Source of the DNA: an uncultured Pseudomonadota bacterium | GTDB lineage: Bacteria > Pseudomonadota > Alphaproteobacteria > Rs-D84 | Assembly (NCBI GenBank): GCA_902787305.1 | Contig: CADAFS010000004.1 | Location: forward strand, 5,582 to 69,581 | Direction: 5' to 3' | DNA length: 64,000 nucleotides | Part shown: positions 28,818 through 38,566 of the stretch, one piece after another | How the letters are laid out: every line of letters begins with the position of its first letter | Numbering within the stretch: the first letter of the stretch is position 1 | The notes under the pieces: generated by a model | Seen by the model: only the letters and a program-made list of their open reading frames with translations | The model's database searches: none | What the model was told of the DNA's origin: nothing | Made by a program: the position numbers and the translations under genes

Positions 28818-28859
28818 AAAACCGCACTTTTAAAGTGCGGTGTATCTTTTGGTGGGAGT
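28818..28859. repeat. 42-bp direct repeat, tRNA-proximal copy
   Basis: aaaaccgcacttttaaagtgcggtgtatcttttggtgggagt; 28850-28859 is the real 3' end of tRNA-Tyr. Confidence 0.85.
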
Positions 28860-28936
28860 GGGTGGATTCGAACCACCTCAGGCTTAAGCCAACAGATTTA
28901 CAGTCTGCCCCGGCTCTCCAACTCCGGCGCACGCCC
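28850..28936 (-). tRNA. tRNA-Tyr (GTA), long variable arm
   Basis: Anticodon arm GCAGA-CTGTAAA-TCTGT, variable stem GGCTT/AAGCC, T-arm GGTGG-TTCGAAT-CCACC, encoded CCA. A C4:U69 mismatch and C at position 8 are atypical. Confidence 0.7.
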
Positions 28937-28992
28937 GATCTCTAACCTGCCCGTCTCTGTGTGCTTCGCACACTCCGCCGCGGCACAGGATT

Positions 28993-29026
28993 TTCTTAAT
29001 TGTGCGCGCTGCGCGCAATAACGAAA
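28993..29026. repeat. conserved tRNA-trailing hairpin (copy 2)
   Basis: ttcttaattgtgcgcgctgcgcgcaataacgaaa directly 3' of tRNA-Gly. Confidence 0.75.
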
Positions 29027-29031
29027 ATCCG

Positions 29032-29106
29032 TGGTGCGGGCAGCGGGACTCGAACCCGCATATCAAGCTTGGAAGGCTTGCGTACTAGCCCTTGTACTAT
29101 GCCCGC
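29032..29106 (-). tRNA. tRNA-Gly (TCC)
   Basis: Acceptor GCGGGCA/TGCCCGC, D-stem GTAC/GTAC, anticodon loop CTTCCAA, T-arm GCGGG-TTCGAGT-CCCGC, encoded CCA. Confidence 0.85.
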
Positions 29107-29288
29107 AACGAGTTCACAGTACGCAGATTATATAATATATTTGATAAAAATCAAGTGGTAAATTGCGGCCATTATTCGTTTTTGTCCGTCGCCGCAAAGT
29201 GGGGCGGGGCGTATCAAAAAATAACCCTTGCGTTTTTTGTGGCGTTGCACCACAATAAGGACACTTGTCATTTGGGGGAAATGTTTCA

Positions 29289-31073
29289 ATGAAAAAGTCC
29301 GATACATATATACATACAATGCCACGGACCGTCATGGGGTTCTATTTTCGGCATGTTTATAACAAGTATTCCAAACGTATTATCCTATTCCTTGTTGTTC
29401 AACTTATCGCTGGGTGCAGTGCGGTTTTATGGCCATACATAGAACGATGGATTGTGGCAATGTTTGAAAATGCGCCCGTTGGTGTTGATATAATGCACCA
29501 CGTTATGCCGACCATCGTGCTCATCGTTATTCTTAATATGGCGATAAGCAGTGCCGCCATAATAAACAACCACATTTTTTCTGTTGTTATGCCGACTTTG
29601 CGGCGTCATATATCGGAAATTTTAACTGACTATGTTCATACACAATCAATGTCTTTTTGGGTCAATCGCATGGCGGGCTCAATCAATACAAATATCGGTT
29701 TTTGCGTGACCGGCGCCAAGGTTTTAATCCAAGACGTTTGGGGAATGGTGGTGCGATTATTTATTATTCTGGCGAATTCGGCATTGTTGTTCACGGTCAA
29801 TAAATACATTGCGCTGACGTTTATTGCGGTGTTTATTTTGCGTGCCGCGTTTATGTGGGCTTTGCGAAAGCCAATCAAAAATTCTGCGGAAAAACGCGCA
29901 AAGACGGCTTCGGTGCTAAGTGGCAAGATTTTAGATGGTTTTGCCAATCAAATGGTTGTTCGGTCTTTTGCCGGTGCGACACGCGAACACAATTATCTTG
30001 ATGTGCCACGTTCGGAAAACGTTAGCGCGATTCGTTACGCAATGTTTATACAGCGTTTGTCTTGGGCAATTCCATCTTATCTGTGGGATATTATGTTGGG
30101 GCTGACGGTAGTATTTTGTGCATATTTATATAGTCAAGGTTTAATGAATATCGCCGATATAGTTTACAGCATGTCCGTATATTACACCGTAATGGGGTCT
30201 ATATCAATGCTGATAAATCAAATACCGTCCGTTATTGATGATTTGGCATCCGCCGCCAAGGGCTATTCCGAATTGGTTGTTCCGATCACGGTCACCGATA
30301 CCCCGAATGCGCCAGATTTGGTTGTTAAACGTGGCAAAATTGAATTCAAAAATGTTTCGTTCAAATATAAAAATAAATATGTCTTGCGCGATTTAACACT
30401 TACAATCCGGCCCGGTGAACGCGTTGGAATCGTTGGGCCGTCGGGCGCGGGGAAAACGACACTTGTAAATTTACTGATGCGTTTTTACGATGTTGCACAT
30501 GGTGAAATTTTAATTGATGGTACCGATATTCGCACGATAACCCAGCAATCTTTGCGTGAAAATATATCCTTTATTCCCCAAGACCCCGCGATGTTCAATC
30601 GGACGATTCGTGAAAATATCGCGTATGGTCGCCCCGACGCGACATTGTCCGAAATCAAAAATGCGGCGCGTTTCGCATCGGCGGATAAATTCATCAGTGG
30701 CACGGAAAAGAAATATGACACATTGGTCGGCGACCGCGGAATAAAAATGTCTGGCGGCCAACGGCAACGCATCGCAATCGCACGCGCGTTTTTGAAAGAT
30801 GCACCAATTTTGATACTGGACGAGGCGACATCCGCCCTGGATAGTGAAACCGAGGTTGCAATTCAACATTCGTTTGAAAAACTTTCGCACGACCGAACAA
30901 CAATCGCGATTGCACATCGACTTTCGACATTGCGAAATATGGATAGAATTGTTGTTTTGGACAACGGCAAAATTGTTGAATCCGGCACACATAATGCACT
31001 GTTGCGACGCGGTGGCGAATACGCACGACTTTGGAAAATGCAATCTGGCGGATTTTTACAGGAAGAAAAATAA
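29289..31073 (+). CDS. ABC exporter, fused permease/ATPase (MsbA/multidrug-like)
   Basis: Six-TM N-terminal half; Walker A GPSGAGKTT, signature MSGGQRQR, Walker B ILILDEATS. Confidence 0.85.
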   Translation: MKKSDTYIHTMPRTVMGFYFRHVYNKYSKRIILFLVVQLIAGCSAVLWPYIERWIVAMFENAPVGVDIMHHVMPTIVLIVILNMAISSAAIINNHIFSVVMPTLRRHISEILTDYVHTQSMSFWVNRMAGSINTNIGFCVTGAKVLIQDVWGMVVRLFIILANSALLFTVNKYIALTFIAVFILRAAFMWALRKPIKNSAEKRAKTASVLSGKILDGFANQMVVRSFAGATREHNYLDVPRSENVSAIRYAMFIQRLSWAIPSYLWDIMLGLTVVFCAYLYSQGLMNIADIVYSMSVYYTVMGSISMLINQIPSVIDDLASAAKGYSELVVPITVTDTPNAPDLVVKRGKIEFKNVSFKYKNKYVLRDLTLTIRPGERVGIVGPSGAGKTTLVNLLMRFYDVAHGEILIDGTDIRTITQQSLRENISFIPQDPAMFNRTIRENIAYGRPDATLSEIKNAARFASADKFISGTEKKYDTLVGDRGIKMSGGQRQRIAIARAFLKDAPILILDEATSALDSETEVAIQHSFEKLSHDRTTIAIAHRLSTLRNMDRIVVLDNGKIVESGTHNALLRRGGEYARLWKMQSGGFLQEEK

Positions 31074-31306
31074 AGTTCCCTCTGTTGCACGCCTTTGCGC
31101 GACGAAGAGAGGGGTGCATGAAGGACGGGGAAAAGACCACCTCCCGGCGTTCCACGCCGTACTCCTCCGCAGGAGGAGAACTTGGCAGTCTGGAATATGC
31201 CAACACTAACCACTTACACCAAGCCAGGGCAAAGCCCTGGCGCAGTCTCGGCGTAGTCCTGTCACCGCTGTGCGGTGACGGACGAAGACGGATAACCACC
31301 AATTAA
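31074..31306. repeat. hairpin-mosaic element E3
   Basis: Starts at the ABC gene stop. Shares aagttccc.., ctcctcc-gca-ggaggag and tctggaat with E1, and about 83 bp (31220-31302) with 59213-59294. Confidence 0.85.
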
Positions 31307-31350
31307 TTTCCTGTTGACCCGCGATACATTTTTTTAATAACATAAAAAGC

Positions 31351-32472
31351 ATGAGGAAAATTTTATCTTTTATTATTGCGGTTTTACTTTGTGGTGGCGC
31401 GTTTGCGGCGGATTATCGTGCGGCACTGGTTGCGGATATGGACACGGGGCGCGTGATTTTTTCCGAACATGCGAACGATGCAAATTATCCCGCAAGTTTG
31501 ACCAAGATTATGACATTGTATTTGACATTTGATGCGTTGGAACACGGGCGTTTGCATTTGGATGATTATTTGATTGTGTCGCAAAGTGCCGCCGCCGCGC
31601 CGTCTGTGAAACTGGGGCTTGCCGCCGGTTCCAAGATTCGTGTCGAAGATGCAATAATCGCACTTGCGGTGTACAGTGCGAACGATGTCGCGCGGGTACT
31701 CGCCGAAAACCTTAAGGGCGGCAAAGAGGGAACATTTGCATCATTGATGACGCGTGTCGCGCGCGAAATCGGCCTATCACACACAAATTTTGAAAATTCA
31801 TCCGGTTTGCCGGACGACGACCATTTATCCACCGCGCGTGATATTGCGTTGCTGTCCATGGCGGTTTATAAGCATTTCCCACAGTATTGGAAGTATTTTG
31901 GAATAAAAACGTGGACCTATAACGGAAAAACATACACGAACGGAAATCGATTGTTGGAAACATATCCGGGTTGCGATGGGATGAAGACGGGATATACAAA
32001 TAAATCGAAATATTCGCTTGTGGCAACGGCGGCGCGTGGGGGGCATCACTTGTTGTCGGTTGTATTGGGCGCTGAAAGCAAAGATGTGCGCACGGCGGTA
32101 TCAACGCGGCTGTTGAATCGTGGTTTTGAAACATATGGTATCGGTGCGGCGGCAAACTATACCGTTGAACCCGCGCCTGTGACATCGCCCATCGTCCAAA
32201 AATACGCGGACGATGCACCAAGGGTTGCGCCGGTGAGCACACCGACCTATGCGACCGGCGGTGTTGGTGTTCAATTTGGGGCGTTCGGCAGTACGGATTC
32301 CGCAAACGCGATGATTGCGCGTGTTAAAAATGCGACCGGTGCCACGGCGCATTTGGAACCGAACGGCGCGGGGCTTTATCGTGTGCGTGTGACGGGACTT
32401 TCCGAATCCGCGGCCCAAAACTTAAAAAATCGCGCATCGTCCGCGGGAATTGATTGCTATGTGTTTCATTGA
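31351..32472 (+). CDS. D-alanyl-D-alanine carboxypeptidase (PBP5/6 class) with C-terminal SPOR domain
   Basis: SxxK (ASLTK), SxN (SAND), KTG (KTGYT). C-terminal VQFGAFGS...LYRVRVTGL...GIDCYVF is SPOR-like. Confidence 0.85.
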   Translation: MRKILSFIIAVLLCGGAFAADYRAALVADMDTGRVIFSEHANDANYPASLTKIMTLYLTFDALEHGRLHLDDYLIVSQSAAAAPSVKLGLAAGSKIRVEDAIIALAVYSANDVARVLAENLKGGKEGTFASLMTRVAREIGLSHTNFENSSGLPDDDHLSTARDIALLSMAVYKHFPQYWKYFGIKTWTYNGKTYTNGNRLLETYPGCDGMKTGYTNKSKYSLVATAARGGHHLLSVVLGAESKDVRTAVSTRLLNRGFETYGIGAAANYTVEPAPVTSPIVQKYADDAPRVAPVSTPTYATGGVGVQFGAFGSTDSANAMIARVKNATGATAHLEPNGAGLYRVRVTGLSESAAQNLKNRASSAGIDCYVFH

Positions 32473-32482
32473 TTGATATTAT

Positions 32483-33085
32483 ATGGTTATGAATTCAAAG
32501 ATTGAAAAACTTATTAAACAATTTGCAAAACTGCCACGTGTGGGAAATCGGGCGGCGCAACGCATTGTGTTGGCGCTTTTGCAAGATAAAACCGGTCGCA
32601 TTGAAAAATTGGTCGAAGCATTGGTTGATACAAATGAAAACATACATGCGTGCCCGATTTGCGGCGTTCTGACCGACCGTGCGATGGAAAAATGCGAATA
32701 CTGTCGCGATATGCGGCGTGCGAATAATATGCTGTGCGTGGTTCGTGATTTATCAGATGTTTGGACACTTGAAAAATCGGGCGTGTTTGGCGGACGTTAT
32801 CATATAATTGGTGGGTTGCTTTCGGGTGTGGCGGGAATTACACCCGAAGATTTGAATTTGGCGAATTTATCGGCGCGAATTGCGGACGAAAAAATCACGG
32901 AAATTATTTTTGCGTTACCAAACACTATCGAAGGCAAAACGACCCAGCAATATATTATGTCGATAATTGATAAAGAAAATATAAAGTTTTCCGAACTTGC
33001 GTCGGGTGTGCCATTGGGTGGCGAACTGGATTACATCGATGACGGTACATTATCGTTGGCGTTTGGGGGGCGGCGCACAATATGA
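32483..33085 (+). CDS. recR: recombination protein RecR
   Basis: LPRVGNRAAQRI HhH, C4 zinc finger CPICG...CEYC, Toprim region. Confidence 0.9.
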   Translation: MVMNSKIEKLIKQFAKLPRVGNRAAQRIVLALLQDKTGRIEKLVEALVDTNENIHACPICGVLTDRAMEKCEYCRDMRRANNMLCVVRDLSDVWTLEKSGVFGGRYHIIGGLLSGVAGITPEDLNLANLSARIADEKITEIIFALPNTIEGKTTQQYIMSIIDKENIKFSELASGVPLGGELDYIDDGTLSLAFGGRRTI

Positions 33086-33909
33086 TGGATAAAATTTCAT
33101 CTTTGCCGCCGGTGTCGGAAATGATGCGTGACGCGGGGTTGGAACCGAAAAAGCAATTCGGCCAAAATTTTTTGTTTGACCTAAATTTAACCGGCCGTAT
33201 CGCACGCGCCGTGCCAGATTTAGAACACACAACAATTATCGAAATTGGTCCCGGACCGGGCGGCCTTACACGGGCATTATTGTTGGCGGGTGCGCGACGC
33301 GTAATTGCAATTGAAAAAGATAAAACCACTGAACCAATTTTGTCGCAAATTGAATCCGCCGCAAATGGTCGGTTGTGTGTTATCTATGATGATGCATTGC
33401 ATGTCGATATGAAAAAAATTGCGGGCGGTGAATTTTCTATTTGTGCAAATTTGCCTTATAATGTCGGCACGGAATTATTGGTAAATTGGTTGCAAGATAT
33501 CGCGAACGGCGTACCAATAAAATCAATGACACTAATGTTTCAACGCGAAGTTGCGGAAAGAATTGTTGCAAAAATGGGTGATAATGCGTATGGCCGTTTG
33601 GCGGTTTTAACGTCGACCGTTTCGAATGCGAAAATTTTGTTCGGCGTGCCATCAACCGCGTTTGTGCCACGGCCACGGGTGGAAAGCGCGGTTGTGCAAA
33701 TAATTCCGAACACCGCAAAGATAAAGAAAATTGAAAACATTTCGGCACTTGAAAATTTAACCGCAAAACTTTTTGGAATGCGGCGAAAAATGATTCGCGG
33801 AATTATGCGCGATGTTGATTGGGAAAGTTTTGGTTTATCGGGAACGGAACGCGCCGAAGATTTAACGGCGGAAAAATTTCTTGAACTTTCAAAAAAACTT
33901 GTTGCATAA
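33082..33909 (+). CDS. rsmA: 16S rRNA (adenine1518/1519-N6) dimethyltransferase
   Basis: KKQFGQNFL, EIGPGPGGLT and NLPYNV motifs; 4-nt overlap with recR. Confidence 0.9.
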   Translation: MMDKISSLPPVSEMMRDAGLEPKKQFGQNFLFDLNLTGRIARAVPDLEHTTIIEIGPGPGGLTRALLLAGARRVIAIEKDKTTEPILSQIESAANGRLCVIYDDALHVDMKKIAGGEFSICANLPYNVGTELLVNWLQDIANGVPIKSMTLMFQREVAERIVAKMGDNAYGRLAVLTSTVSNAKILFGVPSTAFVPRPRVESAVVQIIPNTAKIKKIENISALENLTAKLFGMRRKMIRGIMRDVDWESFGLSGTERAEDLTAEKFLELSKKLVA

Positions 33910-33958
33910 ACACCGCAAATTTTTGCTATAATAAATCGCGAGTCGTACGGAGAGAGAA

Positions 33959-35668
33959 TTGTCTTTATCGGTCCTGATATTTTTTGCGATGATTTTTGTG
34001 CTGGTGTTCTTGCTGCGCACGTTGCGTGTTGGGGCATTGGTTGCATTTTTGGTCGCCGGTATGATATCAGGACCATATATTTTGAATTTGTTTCAACTGA
34101 ATTCTACATGGACATTTCTTGGCGACCTTGGGATTTTATTTTTGTGGTTCACCATCGGTTTGGAAATAAATATAAAACGCCTTTGGAACATGCGTCGAAC
34201 AATTTTTGGTTTCGGTGCAACCCAGGTTTTAATGGTTGCAATGATGTTGTTTCCAATTCTGTTTGGAATGACAACATGGTCGGTGATTGGTACAATCACG
34301 ATTTCACTTTTGTTCGCAATGTCCAGTACGTCCGAAGACCTGCAATTACTAACCGACCGTAATCAGTTAAACACGACCATGGGACATCAAACTTTTTCGA
34401 TTTTGTTGTTCCAAGATTTATTGTCGATTCCACTTCTTGCCATGTTGCCGGTGTTTGCCGGGCGTTCTTTCAACCTTGGGGCAACATTGATTGATGTCGT
34501 GGTGACTTCGGTCACATTGATTTTTGGTGTTGTTGTAATTGGTCGGTTTGTTTTGAATCCGGTGTTAAAACGCGTGGCAAAATTAAAATCCAAAGAGGCA
34601 TTTTTACTTGCCATCATGTTAAACATCGCACTTTGGGCGGTGTTGATGAACCTTTTGGGATTGCCGACGGGACTTGGCGCGTTTTTGGCGGGTATGCTAA
34701 TGTCTGAGACAATATACAGTCACCAGGTCCGCGCAGAAATCGACCCATATGCATTATTGTTTTTGTCGTTGTTCTTTATATCGCTTGGGATGGGATTGAA
34801 TCTTGAAGTGCTGATGCGGAATTGGTATTTGGTTATTGGCGGTATGGTTGGATTGGTTTTTATAAAATTCTTTGCGCTGTTTATGGTGTCGCGCGTGCGT
34901 GGCATTCCGGTTTTTGATGCGCGCCTTATCGCATTGGTGTTAAGCCAGGGCGGCGAATTCGCGTTGCTGATGTTTCAGACAATGAAAACCAGTGGCATTT
35001 CCGCCGTGCCCGCCGCGGACCAAGAAATTTTGACCGCGATAATAATCTTATCTATGGTGTCAACGCCGTTCTTATTGGCGTTGCACGATAAAATTTTTCG
35101 TTCGAAAAAAATGTTTGCGCGTTCGCGTATGCGCCAATTAAATGCAAACGACAACGAAACAAAACCCGAAGTTTTAATATGTGGTTTTGGTCGTGTGGGG
35201 CAAATAATTGCGCATGTTTTGCGTGCGCGAAAAATACCATACATTGCGCTTGATTTGGATGTAAACGCGGTCATGCTTGGGCGTGAACATGGGTACAATG
35301 TATTTTATGGCGACAGCACGAATCACACGGTTTTGCGTGAATTTGGTTTGGCATCGCGTCACGTGCGTGCGGTTGTTGTTGCACTTGATAATGCGGCGAC
35401 CGCGCGTAATGCGGTTTTGACAATAAGGGGCATCGCACCAAAGGTGAAAATTTTTGCACGTGCGCGCAATTTGTGTGAATCACGCGCGCTGACCAACGAA
35501 GGCGTCGAAGAAGCATGGCCGGAAACAGTGGAATCTTCGTTGATGTTGGCGCACGGGGTTTTGGAAAAACTTGGTGTGTCCGATGAAATAATTTCCCGCA
35601 CATTGCAAGAAATGCGCAGTGAAAATTATTCGAAACTTGATAACGCAATCGCGGATAAAAACAATTAA
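33959..35668 (+). CDS. CPA2-family monovalent cation:proton antiporter with TrkA-N domain (KefB/KefC-like)
   Basis: Many TM helices followed by Rossmann ICGFGRVGQ. TTG start at 33959 is uncertain. Confidence 0.8.
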   Translation: MSLSVLIFFAMIFVLVFLLRTLRVGALVAFLVAGMISGPYILNLFQLNSTWTFLGDLGILFLWFTIGLEINIKRLWNMRRTIFGFGATQVLMVAMMLFPILFGMTTWSVIGTITISLLFAMSSTSEDLQLLTDRNQLNTTMGHQTFSILLFQDLLSIPLLAMLPVFAGRSFNLGATLIDVVVTSVTLIFGVVVIGRFVLNPVLKRVAKLKSKEAFLLAIMLNIALWAVLMNLLGLPTGLGAFLAGMLMSETIYSHQVRAEIDPYALLFLSLFFISLGMGLNLEVLMRNWYLVIGGMVGLVFIKFFALFMVSRVRGIPVFDARLIALVLSQGGEFALLMFQTMKTSGISAVPAADQEILTAIIILSMVSTPFLLALHDKIFRSKKMFARSRMRQLNANDNETKPEVLICGFGRVGQIIAHVLRARKIPYIALDLDVNAVMLGREHGYNVFYGDSTNHTVLREFGLASRHVRAVVVALDNAATARNAVLTIRGIAPKVKIFARARNLCESRALTNEGVEEAWPETVESSLMLAHGVLEKLGVSDEIISRTLQEMRSENYSKLDNAIADKNN

Positions 35669-35671
35669 AAA

Positions 35672-35695
35672 ACCGACCAAACGGTCGGTATAGTT
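35672..35695. terminator. bidirectional intrinsic terminator
   Basis: accgacc-aaac-ggtcggt flanked by an A-run and a T-rich tail. Confidence 0.6.
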
Positions 35696-36277
35696 TTATC
35701 GTGCCTGGCGGTTTAATAGATTTGTCACGCATTGTGGCGACAAAGGTATATGATACGGATGCACGGGAGTTATTTTTGGCCTATCTAAACGCCAGTTGCC
35801 ATACTTATCCTTTGATATGCAAAATTTCCATTTTTGCCTATAATAAACATCAATAGAATTGCCGAACTGTTTCACTTCATATTGTCCGATATGTTTGAAA
35901 GTTAAATCATCCAAAGCATGAAGGTGTTTGTCCATTAGTTTATCCATTTCTGCCATGGCGATGGCACAATTTTTTGCCACCGGACAGGCTGGACCAAATA
36001 ATTCGCCATTCACATATACATTATAGTATTCTTTTGTGCGTTCATTCTGGGTCCCGGTAATAATGAACTTTTCCTCACCAATTGGTTCGATAAAGTGGTT
36101 TATTACATTGCGCGGGTTTTCATAAATAGCGAACTCGCTGAATGGGTGACCAAGATAATCTTTGTTGGGACGACGTATAAAACTGTATCTAAAATAAGGT
36201 GACGTAGCCATGTGCAATATAATATCCCCAATGGTGATGTTTTGTCCGTTCATTGTGATGATTTTTTCTAGTTCCAT
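35696..36277 (-). CDS. hypothetical protein (ORFan)
   Basis: 193-aa ORF, no recognised motif, convergent with the kefB-like gene. Confidence 0.45.
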   Translation of the reverse strand: MELEKIITMNGQNITIGDIILHMATSPYFRYSFIRRPNKDYLGHPFSEFAIYENPRNVINHFIEPIGEEKFIITGTQNERTKEYYNVYVNGELFGPACPVAKNCAIAMAEMDKLMDKHLHALDDLTFKHIGQYEVKQFGNSIDVYYRQKWKFCISKDKYGNWRLDRPKITPVHPYHIPLSPQCVTNLLNRQAR

Positions 36278-36422
36278 ATTCTACTATTCCTTTTATATTG
36301 TCTCTCGCGCACCCGCTACTCTGGGCATACTAACACACAAAATAGAAAAATCAAACATTTTGCGTTTGCTTTTATTTATCTATCTTGCTATATTGTGCAA
36401 AACCTTTACAAAGGAAAGAAAA

Positions 36423-36953
36423 ATGAAAAAATCACTGTGGGCAATTGTTGCGATAATCGCAATCGTTCTGGTTGACCAAATTACCAAGGGCACGCTGCTG
36501 TATTTAATAACTGGTTCGGCATTTGTTTGGGGCGCGGCGTGGACCGTTGTGCCGGTGCCATATTTAATGCGGCACGTGACAAACTTTTTTAATGTTGTGT
36601 TCACGTGGAATCCGGGCACGGCGTTTTCGCTGTTTCGGAATTTCGGTGATAATTTACCGATGATAATGACAATTGCAACGGGTGCGATAATTGCATTGAT
36701 TTTATATTACCTGTTTGCGCGTGCGAAAAATTATGAACGCATACCGCTTGTTCTGATTGCGGGTGGCGCACTTGGTAATTTCGTGGACAGGTTGCGTTTC
36801 GGCGCGGTAATCGATTTTTTGGACTTTCATATTGGTGGCGCGCATTGGCCGGCGTTTAATGTCGCGGACAGCTTTATTACCGTTGGTGTTTTGCTTTACA
36901 TTTTGAATTGGTGGTTGGCGCGCCGTCGTTGTATGCGTAATTTAAAAGGATAA
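36423..36953 (+). CDS. lspA: lipoprotein signal peptidase II
   Basis: Start at ATG 36423 (MKKSLWAIVAII); NPGTAFS and FNVADS motifs. Confidence 0.9.
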   Translation: MKKSLWAIVAIIAIVLVDQITKGTLLYLITGSAFVWGAAWTVVPVPYLMRHVTNFFNVVFTWNPGTAFSLFRNFGDNLPMIMTIATGAIIALILYYLFARAKNYERIPLVLIAGGALGNFVDRLRFGAVIDFLDFHIGGAHWPAFNVADSFITVGVLLYILNWWLARRRCMRNLKG

Positions 36954-36956
36954 AAA

Positions 36957-38537
36957 ATGGTAAAATTTCTTGATAACAATAATTCGGGGTTTGCGGCATG
37001 GAACGCAAATCGTAATGCAACCACAAAACCAAAATCGAAACTTGGGTCTTTTTTGTGGTGGCTTATTTTGTTCATCGGGTCATGGTGGCTGATTAGTATG
37101 TGGACCGCGCCAAAGAACGCGCCCACGCCAACCGATGCGGATGTTGCGATTATTTCGGCAACCGCAACCGATATGCCGGCGCGCGAAATTTCTTCGGATA
37201 AAATTGTTGCAAATGTTCGTGGACTGCGCATTTCAAATGTTGCATTGATGGACTTTGCGGCGACATCGGGTGCGGAATCCGACCGCGTAAAACTGCTTGG
37301 GGCGGAAAATGATTTCTTGGAAATCGGGTTAAACGCGACCGGCACAACCGCGCCAGATGTGAATACGGTTTGGCAAGATAGTGCGGGTAAAATGACCTGG
37401 CGCAATTCGGACGGTGTTGTATTCACGCGCGACATAACCGTCGATGGATACTTGGTCACGATTACCGACAGTGTCGAAAACAATACCGCGCGCGATATTT
37501 CCTTTGCGCCGTATGCGCGCATTGTGCGTGGACCTGCGCCTTCTTCGTCGGGCGTTGCAACGGGCGCGGTGACGAATACGAATTCGCGCGTGCGCTATGT
37601 TGATTGGGGAAAAATGGCCAAGAAATCTTATGTATATTCGACAACAAACGGCTTTGTTGGATTTGCAGACCAATACTGGCAAACAATTGCTAACATAAAA
37701 TCGCCCGACCAAACAATGCGTGTAAAGTCGGTGGCAGACAAATATATTGCGGATTCCACTGCGGCGCCGATTGTTGTAAAACCAAATGATACTGGTGTTT
37801 TCACAACAACTGTTTTTGCCGGGCCGCGTGAACAGCGCGTTTTGGATACTGCGGAAACAACGATTCCTGGAATTGGTCAAACCATAGATTATGGGTGGTT
37901 CTGGTTCTTTGCGCGGCCACTGCTTTGGGCATTGAACATTTTGAATTCGTTCGTGATGAATTATGGTGTTGCAATAATCTTGCTAACGATATTATTGCGA
38001 TTACTGATGTGGCCGCTTACGCGCAAGTCATATGTGTCGTCGATAAAGATGCAACAGATGCAGCCGGAATTAAAACGCATACAAAAACTTTACGCGAACG
38101 ACAAAGTCCGCCTGCAAATGGAAATGATGAATTTATATCGCACGCATAAAACTTCGCCGATGTCCGGTTGCTTGCCGATGCTGATTCAGATTCCGATTTT
38201 CTTTGCACTTTACAAGGCACTGCTTGTTTCGGTAAATATGCGGAACGCGCACTTTTTGTGGATAAGCGATTTGGCGGCGATGGACCCGTACTTTATCTTG
38301 CCGATACTTATGGGCGCGACAATGTGGTTGCAACAATACATGCAAACCGGTCGCGCAAAGGCCGCGGATGCAAACGATGTTGCGGCACAAACGGGACGCA
38401 TGATGAAATGGTTGCCAATTATATTTACGATAATGTTCGCATGGATGCCGGCGGGATTGGTTTTGTATTGGACGGTATCAAACATTTTTGGCATAGTCCA
38501 AACATACATCATCAAACGCAGGTTGAATACGAAGTAA
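36957..38537 (+). CDS. yidC: membrane protein insertase YidC
   Basis: N-terminal TM, large periplasmic domain, and a conserved C-terminal 5-TM core (ILLTILLRLLMWPLT.KSY...MQ..QPE). Confidence 0.9.
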   Translation: MVKFLDNNNSGFAAWNANRNATTKPKSKLGSFLWWLILFIGSWWLISMWTAPKNAPTPTDADVAIISATATDMPAREISSDKIVANVRGLRISNVALMDFAATSGAESDRVKLLGAENDFLEIGLNATGTTAPDVNTVWQDSAGKMTWRNSDGVVFTRDITVDGYLVTITDSVENNTARDISFAPYARIVRGPAPSSSGVATGAVTNTNSRVRYVDWGKMAKKSYVYSTTNGFVGFADQYWQTIANIKSPDQTMRVKSVADKYIADSTAAPIVVKPNDTGVFTTTVFAGPREQRVLDTAETTIPGIGQTIDYGWFWFFARPLLWALNILNSFVMNYGVAIILLTILLRLLMWPLTRKSYVSSIKMQQMQPELKRIQKLYANDKVRLQMEMMNLYRTHKTSPMSGCLPMLIQIPIFFALYKALLVSVNMRNAHFLWISDLAAMDPYFILPILMGATMWLQQYMQTGRAKAADANDVAAQTGRMMKWLPIIFTIMFAWMPAGLVLYWTVSNIFGIVQTYIIKRRLNTK

Positions 38538-38541
38538 AAAA

Positions 38542-38566
38542 AGCCCGTCGTTATGACGGGCTTTTT
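38542..38566 (+). terminator. intrinsic terminator of yidC
   Basis: agcccgtc-gttat-gacgggct plus T5. Confidence 0.8.
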
